A stretch of 31,251 nt of DNA, taken from positions 1 to 31,251 of the forward strand of contig CALCXL010000278.1 of NCBI GenBank assembly GCA_937907595.1. Reading direction: 5' to 3'. The translations under genes and the position numbers were made by a program. The notes under the pieces are model-generated. The model was not told where the DNA came from. It saw only the letters and a program-made list of their open reading frames with translations, and ran no database searches. Within the stretch, counting starts at the first letter, position 1, and every line of letters begins with the position of its first letter. The DNA comes from an uncultured Pseudomonadota bacterium (lineage in GTDB: Bacteria; Myxococcota_A; UBA796; UBA9615). Shown in pieces: positions 6,850 through 15,332 of this stretch.

Positions 6850-9800
6850 GTGGCATCCCGGAACGCCAGCCTGCTGTCGGTCCAGAAGGGCCTCAGCCTC
6901 CGTCTTCAGCCCGAACTGAGCTCACGCCCGGTCTCCGCGCTCTGGGAGGGCACGTCCGTAGGCCGCAAGGCCGCGGGCCTCCTCAAGCAGGCCTTCTCCC
7001 CCGTCGCCCGCCTCACGATCGGTGATCTCGTCGACGACGTGCTCGCCCTGCGCAAGGCCGAACGTCGCGTGGACGCCTTTGAGGTCGCCCGCCTGGCCGA
7101 CGCCCTGCTCGAGGGCATCGCCAGCCTGGAGGGCACCCTGGAGCGCCTGGAGGTCCCCGCGCCGCCGGACGAGGGCGACGCCGCCGAGTGGCGCGCCTGG
7201 GCGCGGGAGACCCACACCGCCTCCTGGCTGGCCGTGCCGCTGGACCGCCTGACCTGGACCGAGCCCATCCACATCAGCTGGGTGCGGCAGGACGAGTCGC
7301 GCACGGTCCTCGAAGCCCTGGCGCTTCCGGGCTCTCCCGACGGCCTGACCGCTGGCCGCGCCCCCCAGACCCTGCAGGTGCGGCTGCGCGACCTGCTCCT
7401 GGACCGGGCCTACGACGCCGCCGAAGCCATCGAGGCGGAGGCGGAGTGGCTGCCCACCCTGGACCCCACGACCCTGGAGCACGCCGGCCTCCGCGCCTTC
7501 GCCGAGCGCCTGCTGGCCGCTCGCGCCGTGGCCCGTGAGCTGGTGCCCCCGCGCTCCCGCGAGGGCGGCGATCGCCAGACGCTGCTGGTGGAGCACCCCC
7601 TGCAGATCCACCACCGCGAGGACTCCTTCGCGGTCTGTGGGAACGCCCAGGGCCCGCGCCTGACCATCGACCCCCGCTCCAAAGAGGCCGCGGACCTGCT
7701 GAAGTGCAGCTGCCAGGGCGGCCCGGTGGGTCGCTGCTCCCGCGCGGTCGGCGCCCTGGACGCGGCCCTGGGCATCGTCTTCGAGGGCTCCGAGCGCAGC
7801 GAGCGCCTTGCCGACCTCATGGACCGCCCCGCCTGGCAGGGCGCCCTCGAGGTGCTGGACGGCGTGCTCAAGCGGCTGGCCCCCGGGGAGGCCGACGCCC
7901 AGGAGCGCATCGGCTGGCGCCTGCGCGCGGACCCGGAGCTCGAGCTGCAGATGCTGCACTTCCGGCCCCTGGAGAATGGCCGCATCAGCGCCAAGCGGGT
8001 GGAGTCCTGGGCGGCGACGGCGCGCCTGGACGAGATCGGCAGCTCCCTGGACCGCCGCATCCACCGCCTGCTGCGTGGCGGTCGCCGCGGCGACGTGCTC
8101 GAGGGCCTGCGCGCGGCCCGCCGCCACGACATGCTCTTTGTGGGTGCCACCGGACAGCAGCCCCTCGTCGTCCGGGAGGCCCGTCCCTCCCTCGCGCTGC
8201 GGGTCGACGGCGACGGCGTGCAGCTGGAGACCCGCCTGGACGGGCGGCCGGTCAGCATGAAGGACTGGGCCCAGATCACGGAGTCGCGTGAGCCCCTGGA
8301 GCTGCTCCTGGACGAGGACGCCGGCAGCGCGCTGGTGGTGCCCTGCGACCCGGACGCCTCGCGGCTGCTGCGCACCCTGGGACCGGACCCCGTGCGCTTC
8401 GAGAAGGCCGCGGTGCGGGACCTGCTGACCCGCGTGCCGCGCCTGCGCCAGCACGTGGACCTGGACCTGCCCGACCAGCTGGCGGGCCGCCTGATCCAGG
8501 CCAACCCGGCGGTGAGCGTTCGCCTGGAGCTTCGGGACGACGACGCCCTGCGCGTGGGCCTGCGGGTCCGTCCCCTGGCCGAGGCCACGGCGTTCGAGCC
8601 CGGCACGGGCCGCCCGGAGGTCTTCGCGGTGGCGGTCGACGGCCTGGTGCGCACGCTGCGGGACCTGGACGAGGAGGTGCGCAACGCCTCCACCCTCGCC
8701 CTGCGCCTGGGCCTTGAGCCCGGCCGCTGGACGCAGACGCTGGCCCTGGGCCCCGGCTTGAAGCTGCTGGAGCGCATGCGTGAGCTGGGCGTGGAGGCCG
8801 AATGGCTTGGACCGCGCCGCCGCAACGTCGAGCGCAACGCCCAGGCCTCGGACCTGACCCTGCGCATCCGGCCCCTGGCCCAGTGGTTCGGGCTGGAGGG
8901 CGAGCTGACGCTGGACGGCATCACGGTGCCCCTGGCGGACGCCCTGGCCGCCGCGGAGGAAGGCCTCCCCTGGATCAAGCTGGGCGAGGAGACCTGGACC
9001 CGGCTGGAGCCGGAGCTGGTCACGCTGCTGCAGGACGCCGGACGCCGGGCGGAGGAGGGCTCGCTCTCCCCCCTGCACGCGCCCGCCTTCGATGCCATGG
9101 CCGAGGCGGGCGTGAACATCGACGCCCCCAGCGAGTGGCTGGCCGTGCTCGACCGGGTGCGCGAGGCCCACGACTGGACCCCGGAGCTGCCCACCAACCT
9201 GATCGCGGATCTGCGCGACTACCAGCGCGACGGCTTCGTCTGGATGGCGCGCCTGGCGCGCTGGGCCGGCGGCGCGGTCCTGGCCGACGACATGGGCCTG
9301 GGCAAGACGGTGCAGGCCCTGGCCATCCTGCTGATGCGCGCCCCGGACGGCCCCGCCCTGGTGGTCGCGCCCACGTCGGTGGGCTGGAACTGGCTGGCGG
9401 AGGCCGAGCGCTTCGCGCCCTCGCTCAACATCGTGCAGTACCGCGGCGTGGGACGGCAGCTGGGCGTGCCCGGTCCCGGCGACGTCATCGTCACCAGCTA
9501 CGACCTGCTGCGCATGGACGCCGACATCCTCTGCGACGTGGCCTGGAACACCGCCGTATTCGACGAGTCCCAGGCCCTCAAGAACGCCGGCAGCCAGCGC
9601 TACGAGGCCGCCCTCCGCCTGCAGGCGGGCGTGCGGTTGGCCCTGAGCGGCACGCCGGTGGAGAACCGCACCGCGGAGCTGTGGAGCCTCTTCAACCTGC
9701 TGGCGCCGGGCTACCTGGGCACGCGGGGGGCCTTCCGCACCCGGTTCGCGGTGCCCATCGAGCGCGAGGACGATCGCGAGCGTCGCGGCCTGCTGTCGCG

Positions 9801-10626
9801 CATGGCCCGGCCCTTCATCCTCCGCCGTCGCAAGCAGGAGGTGGCCCGCGAGCTGCCGCCGCGCACGGACATCGTGGTGCCCGTCGAGCTCAGCCTGGCC
9901 GAGCAGCAGCTCTACGACCACGTGCGCACCTCCGCCCTGGCGATGCTGGCCGCTGGCGATCAGCGCGGCGCCCGCATGAACGCCCTGGCGTCGCTGACCC
10001 GCCTGCGTCAGGCCGCCTGCCACCCCGCGCTGCTGCAGCCGGAGACGACGGTGCCCTCCAGCAAGCAGGAGCTGCTGCTGGAGCTGCTGGGCGACGTGAA
10101 GGCGGAGGGCCACAAGGCGCTGGTCTTCTCGCAGTTCACCACCCACCTCAAGCTGGCCCGTACGGCCCTGGAGGCCGAGGGCTTCTCGGTCCGCTACCTG
10201 GACGGCAGCACGCCGGCCGGCAAGCGGCGCTCGGAGGTGGAGGCCTTCCAGGGTGGGGACGGCGACGTCTTCCTGATCTCCCTGCGTGCCGGCGGCACGG
10301 GCCTCAACCTGACCGCGGCCACCTACGTCCTGCACCTGGACCCCTGGTGGAACCCCGCCGTGGAGGATCAGGCTTCGGACCGGGCGCACCGCATCGGCCA
10401 GGACCAGCCCGTCACCGTCTACCGCCTGGTCTCCCGGGGCACCGTGGAGGAGGCGATCGTCGCCCTGCACGCCCGCAAGCGGGAGCTGGCCGAGGACCTG
10501 CTGGCGGGCACCGGCTCGGCCGCGGCCCTGTCGGTGGACGAGCTGGTGGCCCTCATCGCCGGCGAGCTCAGCGCCGACCCGGTCCCCAAGCCCGCCGCCT
10601 TGCCGCCGACGCCGCCTCCGGCGTAG
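6850..10626 (+). CDS. SNF2/RapA-family helicase-like ATPase with a degenerate SWIM-like motif (start uncertain)
   Basis: LADDMGLGKT (Walker A), DESQ (Walker B), SGTPVEN, LVFSQF, ISLRAGGTGLNLT, DPWWNPAVEDQASDRAHRIGQ. Confidence 0.93.
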   Translation: MASRNASLLSVQKGLSLRLQPELSSRPVSALWEGTSVGRKAAGLLKQAFSPVARLTIGDLVDDVLALRKAERRVDAFEVARLADALLEGIASLEGTLERLEVPAPPDEGDAAEWRAWARETHTASWLAVPLDRLTWTEPIHISWVRQDESRTVLEALALPGSPDGLTAGRAPQTLQVRLRDLLLDRAYDAAEAIEAEAEWLPTLDPTTLEHAGLRAFAERLLAARAVARELVPPRSREGGDRQTLLVEHPLQIHHREDSFAVCGNAQGPRLTIDPRSKEAADLLKCSCQGGPVGRCSRAVGALDAALGIVFEGSERSERLADLMDRPAWQGALEVLDGVLKRLAPGEADAQERIGWRLRADPELELQMLHFRPLENGRISAKRVESWAATARLDEIGSSLDRRIHRLLRGGRRGDVLEGLRAARRHDMLFVGATGQQPLVVREARPSLALRVDGDGVQLETRLDGRPVSMKDWAQITESREPLELLLDEDAGSALVVPCDPDASRLLRTLGPDPVRFEKAAVRDLLTRVPRLRQHVDLDLPDQLAGRLIQANPAVSVRLELRDDDALRVGLRVRPLAEATAFEPGTGRPEVFAVAVDGLVRTLRDLDEEVRNASTLALRLGLEPGRWTQTLALGPGLKLLERMRELGVEAEWLGPRRRNVERNAQASDLTLRIRPLAQWFGLEGELTLDGITVPLADALAAAEEGLPWIKLGEETWTRLEPELVTLLQDAGRRAEEGSLSPLHAPAFDAMAEAGVNIDAPSEWLAVLDRVREAHDWTPELPTNLIADLRDYQRDGFVWMARLARWAGGAVLADDMGLGKTVQALAILLMRAPDGPALVVAPTSVGWNWLAEAERFAPSLNIVQYRGVGRQLGVPGPGDVIVTSYDLLRMDADILCDVAWNTAVFDESQALKNAGSQRYEAALRLQAGVRLALSGTPVENRTAELWSLFNLLAPGYLGTRGAFRTRFAVPIEREDDRERRGLLSRMARPFILRRRKQEVARELPPRTDIVVPVELSLAEQQLYDHVRTSALAMLAAGDQRGARMNALASLTRLRQAACHPALLQPETTVPSSKQELLLELLGDVKAEGHKALVFSQFTTHLKLARTALEAEGFSVRYLDGSTPAGKRRSEVEAFQGGDGDVFLISLRAGGTGLNLTAATYVLHLDPWWNPAVEDQASDRAHRIGQDQPVTVYRLVSRGTVEEAIVALHARKRELAEDLLAGTGSAAALSVDELVALIAGELSADPVPKPAALPPTPPPA

Positions 10627-10665
10627 CTCCGGCGTAGCTCCGGGCGCGCCTCAGCCGCCGCCCGC

Positions 10666-11067
10666 TCAGCCCCGCCGATCCGCCAGCCGCCGCACGAACT
10701 TCAGGCCCGACCAGGTGGCGTCGATGGCGCAGACCTTCACGTCGACCAAACCGGCCTCCAGGCCGAAGGCGCGCACGACGTCGCCGGTCAGATCCGTCGG
10801 CACCTTCGACGCCTTCTTGGGCCAGGCCACCCACAGCATGCCCGCCGAACTCAGGCCGTCGCGGTGCTCGGCGAAGTCCTCCTGCAGGTGCTGCAGGTCC
10901 GGGCAGAACAGCAGGACCAGGTCCCAGGGTGCAGGCCCGTCCTGGGCGCCTTCGGGCAGCGGACCCAGGTCTGCGTACAGGGCGCCGGGCGCGCGCACGA
11001 GGCGGAGGCGCTGAGCGGGCTTCAGCCCGAGCTTGCGGGCGAGCGGGGTGCTGGAGTAGCCGGCCAT
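10666..11067 (-). CDS. DUF3052-like protein (133 aa)
   Basis: MAGYSSTPLARKLGLK...LWVAWPKKASKVPTDLT...GLVDVKVCAIDATWSGLKF is the family signature as I recall it. Confidence 0.85.
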   Translation of the reverse strand: MAGYSSTPLARKLGLKPAQRLRLVRAPGALYADLGPLPEGAQDGPAPWDLVLLFCPDLQHLQEDFAEHRDGLSSAGMLWVAWPKKASKVPTDLTGDVVRAFGLEAGLVDVKVCAIDATWSGLKFVRRLADRRG

Positions 11068-11116
11068 GCCCCGATCCTGCGGCACACCCCGCCGCCGCGG
11101 CAAGGAGCCGGGGGGA

Positions 11117-11473
11117 TCAGTTGACCCAGGTGCCCTCGTCGCTGGTGCACTCGGCCTGGGCGTCGGCCAGGGCCATCGGCGGGTAGTAGTAGTTGATGAC
11201 GGTGGTGGAGGCGTTGTCCTCGCTGATGTCGCAGCCGCCCAGGGCGTCGCTGGCGTCGCAGCCACCGTCGATCACCTCGCCCTCCAGGGACTCGCAGCTG
11301 GTGCCGAACACGCTGGCGTCCAGCCCTTCGCGGTCCTGGCAGCGGTCCTCGGGACCGTTGACGCTGCCGTCGCGGAAGTCGCAGCCGACGTGGCCGCCGG
11401 TGATGGGGGTGGAGATGGGAAAGCAGCCGGTCAGGGCGAAGGCGAGGACGAAGAGGGGCAGTCGAAGCGTCAT
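11117..11473 (-). CDS. Small Cys-rich lipoprotein (118 aa)
   Basis: SD GGAG before ATG 11473; lipobox ALTGC; six further Cys. Confidence 0.8.
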   Translation of the reverse strand: MTLRLPLFVLAFALTGCFPISTPITGGHVGCDFRDGSVNGPEDRCQDREGLDASVFGTSCESLEGEVIDGGCDASDALGGCDISEDNASTTVINYYYPPMALADAQAECTSDEGTWVN

Positions 11474-11685
11474 GGGATCTCCTGAAGCGGCCGTCACGAT
11501 GGATTGGAGGCCTTGCCGAGGGCGATTCTGCCCCGTTTTCGCGGCCGCTGCAGGCGCATCGGTGGAACCGGGCGCGCCGGGGTCGCAGCGGCGCGATCCG
11601 CCGCAACTCCCGCCGATCCTGCAATGCTGGCGCCCTCGAGCCGTAGCGCTGCCCATGCCTGCGATCCCGATCTCCGCCTCACCCC

Positions 11686-11715
11686 TTGACAGCCCGGGGG
11701 CCCTTCCCTTATTTT
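11686..11715 (+). promoter_or_regulatory. Sigma70-type promoter of the rpmH operon
   Basis: TTGACA 11686-11691, 17-18 bp spacer, TTATTT/TATTTT, GC-rich discriminator GCGCGCC. Confidence 0.7.
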
Positions 11716-11774
11716 TGCGCGCCTTTCTGGGCAGAACCGTATGAACAGGCCCCCCAAGGGGCGGAGCACAGGCC

Positions 11775-11924
11775 ATGAAGCGCACCTTCCAGCCGAGCAA
11801 CATCTCGCGCCGCCGGACCCACGGGTTCCGGCTCCGCATGTCCACCAAGAATGGACGCAAGACCATCCAGCGCCGCCGCCTCCGCGCTCGCAAGAGCCTG
11901 GCGCCGACCACGTACAAGAAGTAG
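11775..11924 (+). CDS. rpmH: 50S ribosomal protein L34
   Basis: [35 protein letters not shown]; 49 aa; SD GGAG (not in the supplied ORF track). Confidence 0.97.
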   Translation: MKRTFQPSNISRRRTHGFRLRMSTKNGRKTIQRRRLRARKSLAPTTYKK

Positions 11925-11926
11925 AG

Positions 11927-12292
11927 CTGGTCGACCTCAGCTTTTCGAAGGCCCTCCGCCTGCGCACGCGCAGGGACTACGGGGAGCATCGGAGGCGCAG
12001 CCGCACGTTTCGCACCCGCCACTTTGTGGTGGCTTGGGCGGACGGCACCCAGCCGGAGAGCCGGCTGGGCATGGCGGTGAGCAAGAAGGTCGGCAACAGC
12101 CCGAAGCGATCGCGCGTCAAGCGGGTCTTGCGGGAGTGGTTTCGGCACCACCGGCATGAGCTGAGCGTGCCCGCGGATCTGGTCCTCATCGCCCGTCCCG
12201 GCGCGCCGGACCTGGGGCTGGGCGACGTCGAACAGGAGCTGGGCGCCTTCGTCGTCTGGTTCAACCGCCGCCACACCGCCAGGGAAGGATGA
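11927..12292 (+). CDS. rnpA: Ribonuclease P protein component (start uncertain: CTG 11927 or ATG 11741)
   Basis: FSKALRL near the N-terminus, [25 protein letters not shown] (RNR-like motif); position after rpmH. Confidence 0.9.
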   Translation: MVDLSFSKALRLRTRRDYGEHRRRSRTFRTRHFVVAWADGTQPESRLGMAVSKKVGNSPKRSRVKRVLREWFRHHRHELSVPADLVLIARPGAPDLGLGDVEQELGAFVVWFNRRHTAREG

Positions 12293-12296
12293 GAGC

Positions 12297-12542
12297 GTGA
12301 AGCTGCTGCTCCTCCTGCCCCTCCGCTTCTACAAGCGCTTCCTCTCGCCCCTGCTGCCTCCGGCCTGCCGCTACGAGCCCACGTGCTCGGTGTACGCCAT
12401 GGAAGCGGTGGAACGCCACGGCGCCCTGCGCGGTGGGTGGCTCGGCTTCAAGCGCATCTGCCGTTGCCACCCCGGGTACGCCGGTGGGTTCGACCCCGTG
12501 CCGGAGCTCCCCGAACCCCCAGCGTCCAGGAGTGTGGCCTGA
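12297..12542 (+). CDS. yidD: Membrane protein insertion efficiency factor YidD
   Basis: [22 protein letters not shown]...RICRCHP...GGFDPVP. Confidence 0.95.
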   Translation: MKLLLLLPLRFYKRFLSPLLPPACRYEPTCSVYAMEAVERHGALRGGWLGFKRICRCHPGYAGGFDPVPELPEPPASRSVA

Positions 12543-14254
12543 TGGAGCAGGAGACCGATCCGCAGCAGGAGAAGCGCTTCCTGACCGCCATGGTTCTGTC
12601 CGTGGGCGTCTTCTGGGCCTTCAGCACCTTCGTCTACAAGCCGCCGCCGGCTCCTGCGACCCCGCCCGAAGGCGCCGCCGTCGCCGAGTCGGTGGACGCC
12701 GTCCCCGCTGCGTCCGCGCCCGTCCTCGCCCCCGTGATCCCGGTCGCGTCGGTCGCGTCGGCGCAGGCCACCCACCTCGAGCGCGTCTGGCCGGGCGTGG
12801 AGTCCGGCTGGTCCAGCTTCGGCGGCGCGCCCAACCGCCTGCTCATCGAGGCCTACAAGGAGCCCTTCCAGCAGCTCTGGCTGCCCACCTGGCTGCTCGA
12901 CGGCTTCAAGGCGGGCTTCGACTGGGAGCCCTTCACGATCAAGCCGAAGGACAGCCAGACGGTGGACATCGTCGGCGCACCCGACGGCGTGGTGCTGCCC
13001 GTGGGCATCGACGACCGCGGCGTCGCCATCGACGTGAACCACTACCGCGTGGTCAGCAAGTCGGCCTCCGCCCTGGCCTTCGCCACCCAGTACGGCGACG
13101 TGCAGGTGACCAAGCGCTACGAGCTCCCGAAGGACGGCTACGTCAGCCGGTACACCGTGGAGTTCCAGAACGTCGGCGGCGCGCCCGCGCGGGTGATGCC
13201 CAGCTTCGGCGTGGCCGACGCCATGCCCGACGACGGCGGCTCCCGCTACGACAGCCAGAAGGAGACCTGGGCCCAGGTCGACGGCGACGTCGAGCACTAC
13301 GTGCGCGGCAAGCTGGAGAAGAAGGAGCGCCCCTTCGTCGGTCCCGTGGACTGGTTCGGGGTGGGCGACCGCTACTTCATGGTCGGCGTGGAGCCGGACG
13401 CGCCCCTGCTGGGCACCACGCTGATGTCGCCGCTGCCCGGGGAGGACCGCTTCGGCGTGGCCTTCACGGGCGAGCCCATGACCCTGGCCCCGGGGGAGGT
13501 CAAGTCCTACGGCTTCGACCTGTACACCGGCCCCAAGGAGCTGGACTTCTTCCAGGAGCGGGAGATGGCCATGGCCAGCTCCGTGGACTTCGGCTTCTTC
13601 GGGCTGCTGGCCATCCCGATCCTGGCCTTCCTGAAGTTCATCTTCGGGCACGTCGGCAGCTGGGGCATCTCCATCATCCTGCTGACCGTGGTGATCAAGG
13701 GCCTGCTCTTCCCGCTGTCCAACAAGTCGTACAAGTCCATGAAGGACATGCAGCGGCTGCAGCCGGAGATCAACGCCCTCAAGGAGAAGCACGGCGACAA
13801 CCGCGAGGCCCTCAACACGGAGATGATGGGCCTGTGGAAGGAGCACGGCGTCAACCCCATGGGCGGCTGCCTCCCCATGGTGGTGCAGATGCCCATCTGG
13901 TTCGCGCTCTACCGCGTGCTCTGGAACTCCGTGGAGCTCTACCAGACCCCGTTCCTGTACTTCATTGACCTGTCCCTTCGGGACCCCATCGGAATCTTCC
14001 CCCTGCTGCTGGGCATCACCATGTGGGCCCAGCAGAAGTTCACCCCCAACACCGCCAGTGACCCCGCACAGCAGATGGTCATCAAGTTCATGCCGCTGTT
14101 CTTCTCAGTGATCATGTTCACGCTGCCTGCGGGCCTGGTTGTCTACATCCTCGTCAACAACATCCTGAGCATCGCGCAGCAGTGGGCCATCCACCGCCAG
14201 CACGGCGGGCCTGTAAAGGCTGGCGATGCCGGGTCTGTGCCGCAGAAGGCCTGA
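12542..14254 (+). CDS. yidC: Membrane protein insertase YidC
   Basis: ATG overlaps yidD stop; WGISIILLTVVIK, NPMGGCLPMVVQMPIWFALY, LPAGLVVY. Confidence 0.96.
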   Translation: MEQETDPQQEKRFLTAMVLSVGVFWAFSTFVYKPPPAPATPPEGAAVAESVDAVPAASAPVLAPVIPVASVASAQATHLERVWPGVESGWSSFGGAPNRLLIEAYKEPFQQLWLPTWLLDGFKAGFDWEPFTIKPKDSQTVDIVGAPDGVVLPVGIDDRGVAIDVNHYRVVSKSASALAFATQYGDVQVTKRYELPKDGYVSRYTVEFQNVGGAPARVMPSFGVADAMPDDGGSRYDSQKETWAQVDGDVEHYVRGKLEKKERPFVGPVDWFGVGDRYFMVGVEPDAPLLGTTLMSPLPGEDRFGVAFTGEPMTLAPGEVKSYGFDLYTGPKELDFFQEREMAMASSVDFGFFGLLAIPILAFLKFIFGHVGSWGISIILLTVVIKGLLFPLSNKSYKSMKDMQRLQPEINALKEKHGDNREALNTEMMGLWKEHGVNPMGGCLPMVVQMPIWFALYRVLWNSVELYQTPFLYFIDLSLRDPIGIFPLLLGITMWAQQKFTPNTASDPAQQMVIKFMPLFFSVIMFTLPAGLVVYILVNNILSIAQQWAIHRQHGGPVKAGDAGSVPQKA

Positions 14255-14273
14255 CCCAACTCCCTTGGAGGGA

Positions 14274-15191
14274 ATGAGCATGACCGAACGAGCCATTGGT
14301 GAAGGCGACACGATCGCAGAGGCCCTGACCAACGCCATGACCAGCCTCGGGGCCAAGAGCCTCGCGGAGATGTCCTGGGAGTTCGACCGCGACCACTTCA
14401 AGCCCTCGGGCGCTTGGACCGTGCGGCTGACGGCGCGCATGAAGAGCGGCGAAGAGATCGCGTCGATGCGCGTGGTCTACGAGCTGGCCGAGCTGGCCGC
14501 GGTCTGGATGCGGGACACGCTGGCCAAGTTCGGCACCCCCGACGCCGTGGTGATGGCTGACGTCAAGGACGGCAAGTCCTTCATCAACGTCAGCAGCGAG
14601 GCCGACGGCAGCCTGCTCATCGGCAAGGACGGCAAGAACCTGCACGCCTTCCAGACCCTGCTCAACGCGCACCTGGCCCGGGCGGGCGTGAAGGGCGAGG
14701 TGCAGCTGGACGTCGAGGGCTACCGCCAGCGCGACGCCGAGCGCGGAGACGATCGTGGGCCCCGCCGGGACCGCGACGACCGTGGACCCCGCCGCGACGA
14801 CCGAGGTCCCCGCGAGGACCGCGGACCCCGTCGGGAAGGCCGTGACCGCGGGCCTCGCGGCGAAGGCCGTGGCGAAGGCCGTGGCGACCGTGGACCCCGC
14901 GGCGAAGGCCGTGGTGATCGTGGACCCCGCGGCGAAGGCCGGGGCCGGGGACGCGACCGCGAGGACCGTGGGCCCCGCCGGGACCACGACGCCGCGCGCG
15001 ACGAGCGCATCGTCGAGGACGCCCGCAAGGCCGCCCAGGGCGTGCTCGACAACGGCGAGTCCGTGACCCTGGACGAGATGAACAGCTACGAGCGTCGCCT
15101 GGTGCACCAGGCCGTCAAGGAGTTCGAGGGCCTCAAGTCCCGCTCCGTCGGCGACGGCAACGTGCGCATGGTCGAGATCGCGCGCGACTGA
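14274..15191 (+). CDS. jag: Jag/EloR (KhpB) RNA-binding protein, KH and R3H domains with an R/G/D-rich insert
   Basis: LLIGKDGKNL (KH GxxG), MNSYERRLVH (R3H); synteny after yidC. Confidence 0.92.
   Translation: MSMTERAIGEGDTIAEALTNAMTSLGAKSLAEMSWEFDRDHFKPSGAWTVRLTARMKSGEEIASMRVVYELAELAAVWMRDTLAKFGTPDAVVMADVKDGKSFINVSSEADGSLLIGKDGKNLHAFQTLLNAHLARAGVKGEVQLDVEGYRQRDAERGDDRGPRRDRDDRGPRRDDRGPREDRGPRREGRDRGPRGEGRGEGRGDRGPRGEGRGDRGPRGEGRGRGRDREDRGPRRDHDAARDERIVEDARKAAQGVLDNGESVTLDEMNSYERRLVHQAVKEFEGLKSRSVGDGNVRMVEIARD
14751..14978 (+). repeat. Eight DRGPR repeats, including a 30-nt tandem unit (GEGRGDRGPR)
   Basis: Units at 14871-14900 and 14901-14930 differ at 2 positions; DRGPR counted 8 times in the translation. 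Confidence 0.85.
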
Positions 15192-15332
15192 GTCCGTGCG
15201 AGCGGGGGCGACGACGTCGGTGCTGGGATCCCGTTCCCCGCGCCGGCGCGCGCCCCCGCCGGGGCCTCTCCGCCAGACCCCGGCGGCCGGAGCACCCGCA
15301 ACCCCTGCCCCCCGCCTCTCCGCGGCCCGCCC

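Noticed and set aside
6922-10470. Very long antisense and alternate-frame ORFs (also 2626-3804, 5244-7025, 14154-16679, 16187-18622, 23211-25238, 28443-30545)
   Set aside because: Shadow ORFs expected opposite GC3-biased genes in a high-GC genome; no recognisable motifs.
10616-10643. 11-bp tandem duplication CTCCGGCGTAG at the SNF2 stop codon
   Set aside because: Only about 2.5 copies; consistent with local slippage, no array or element.
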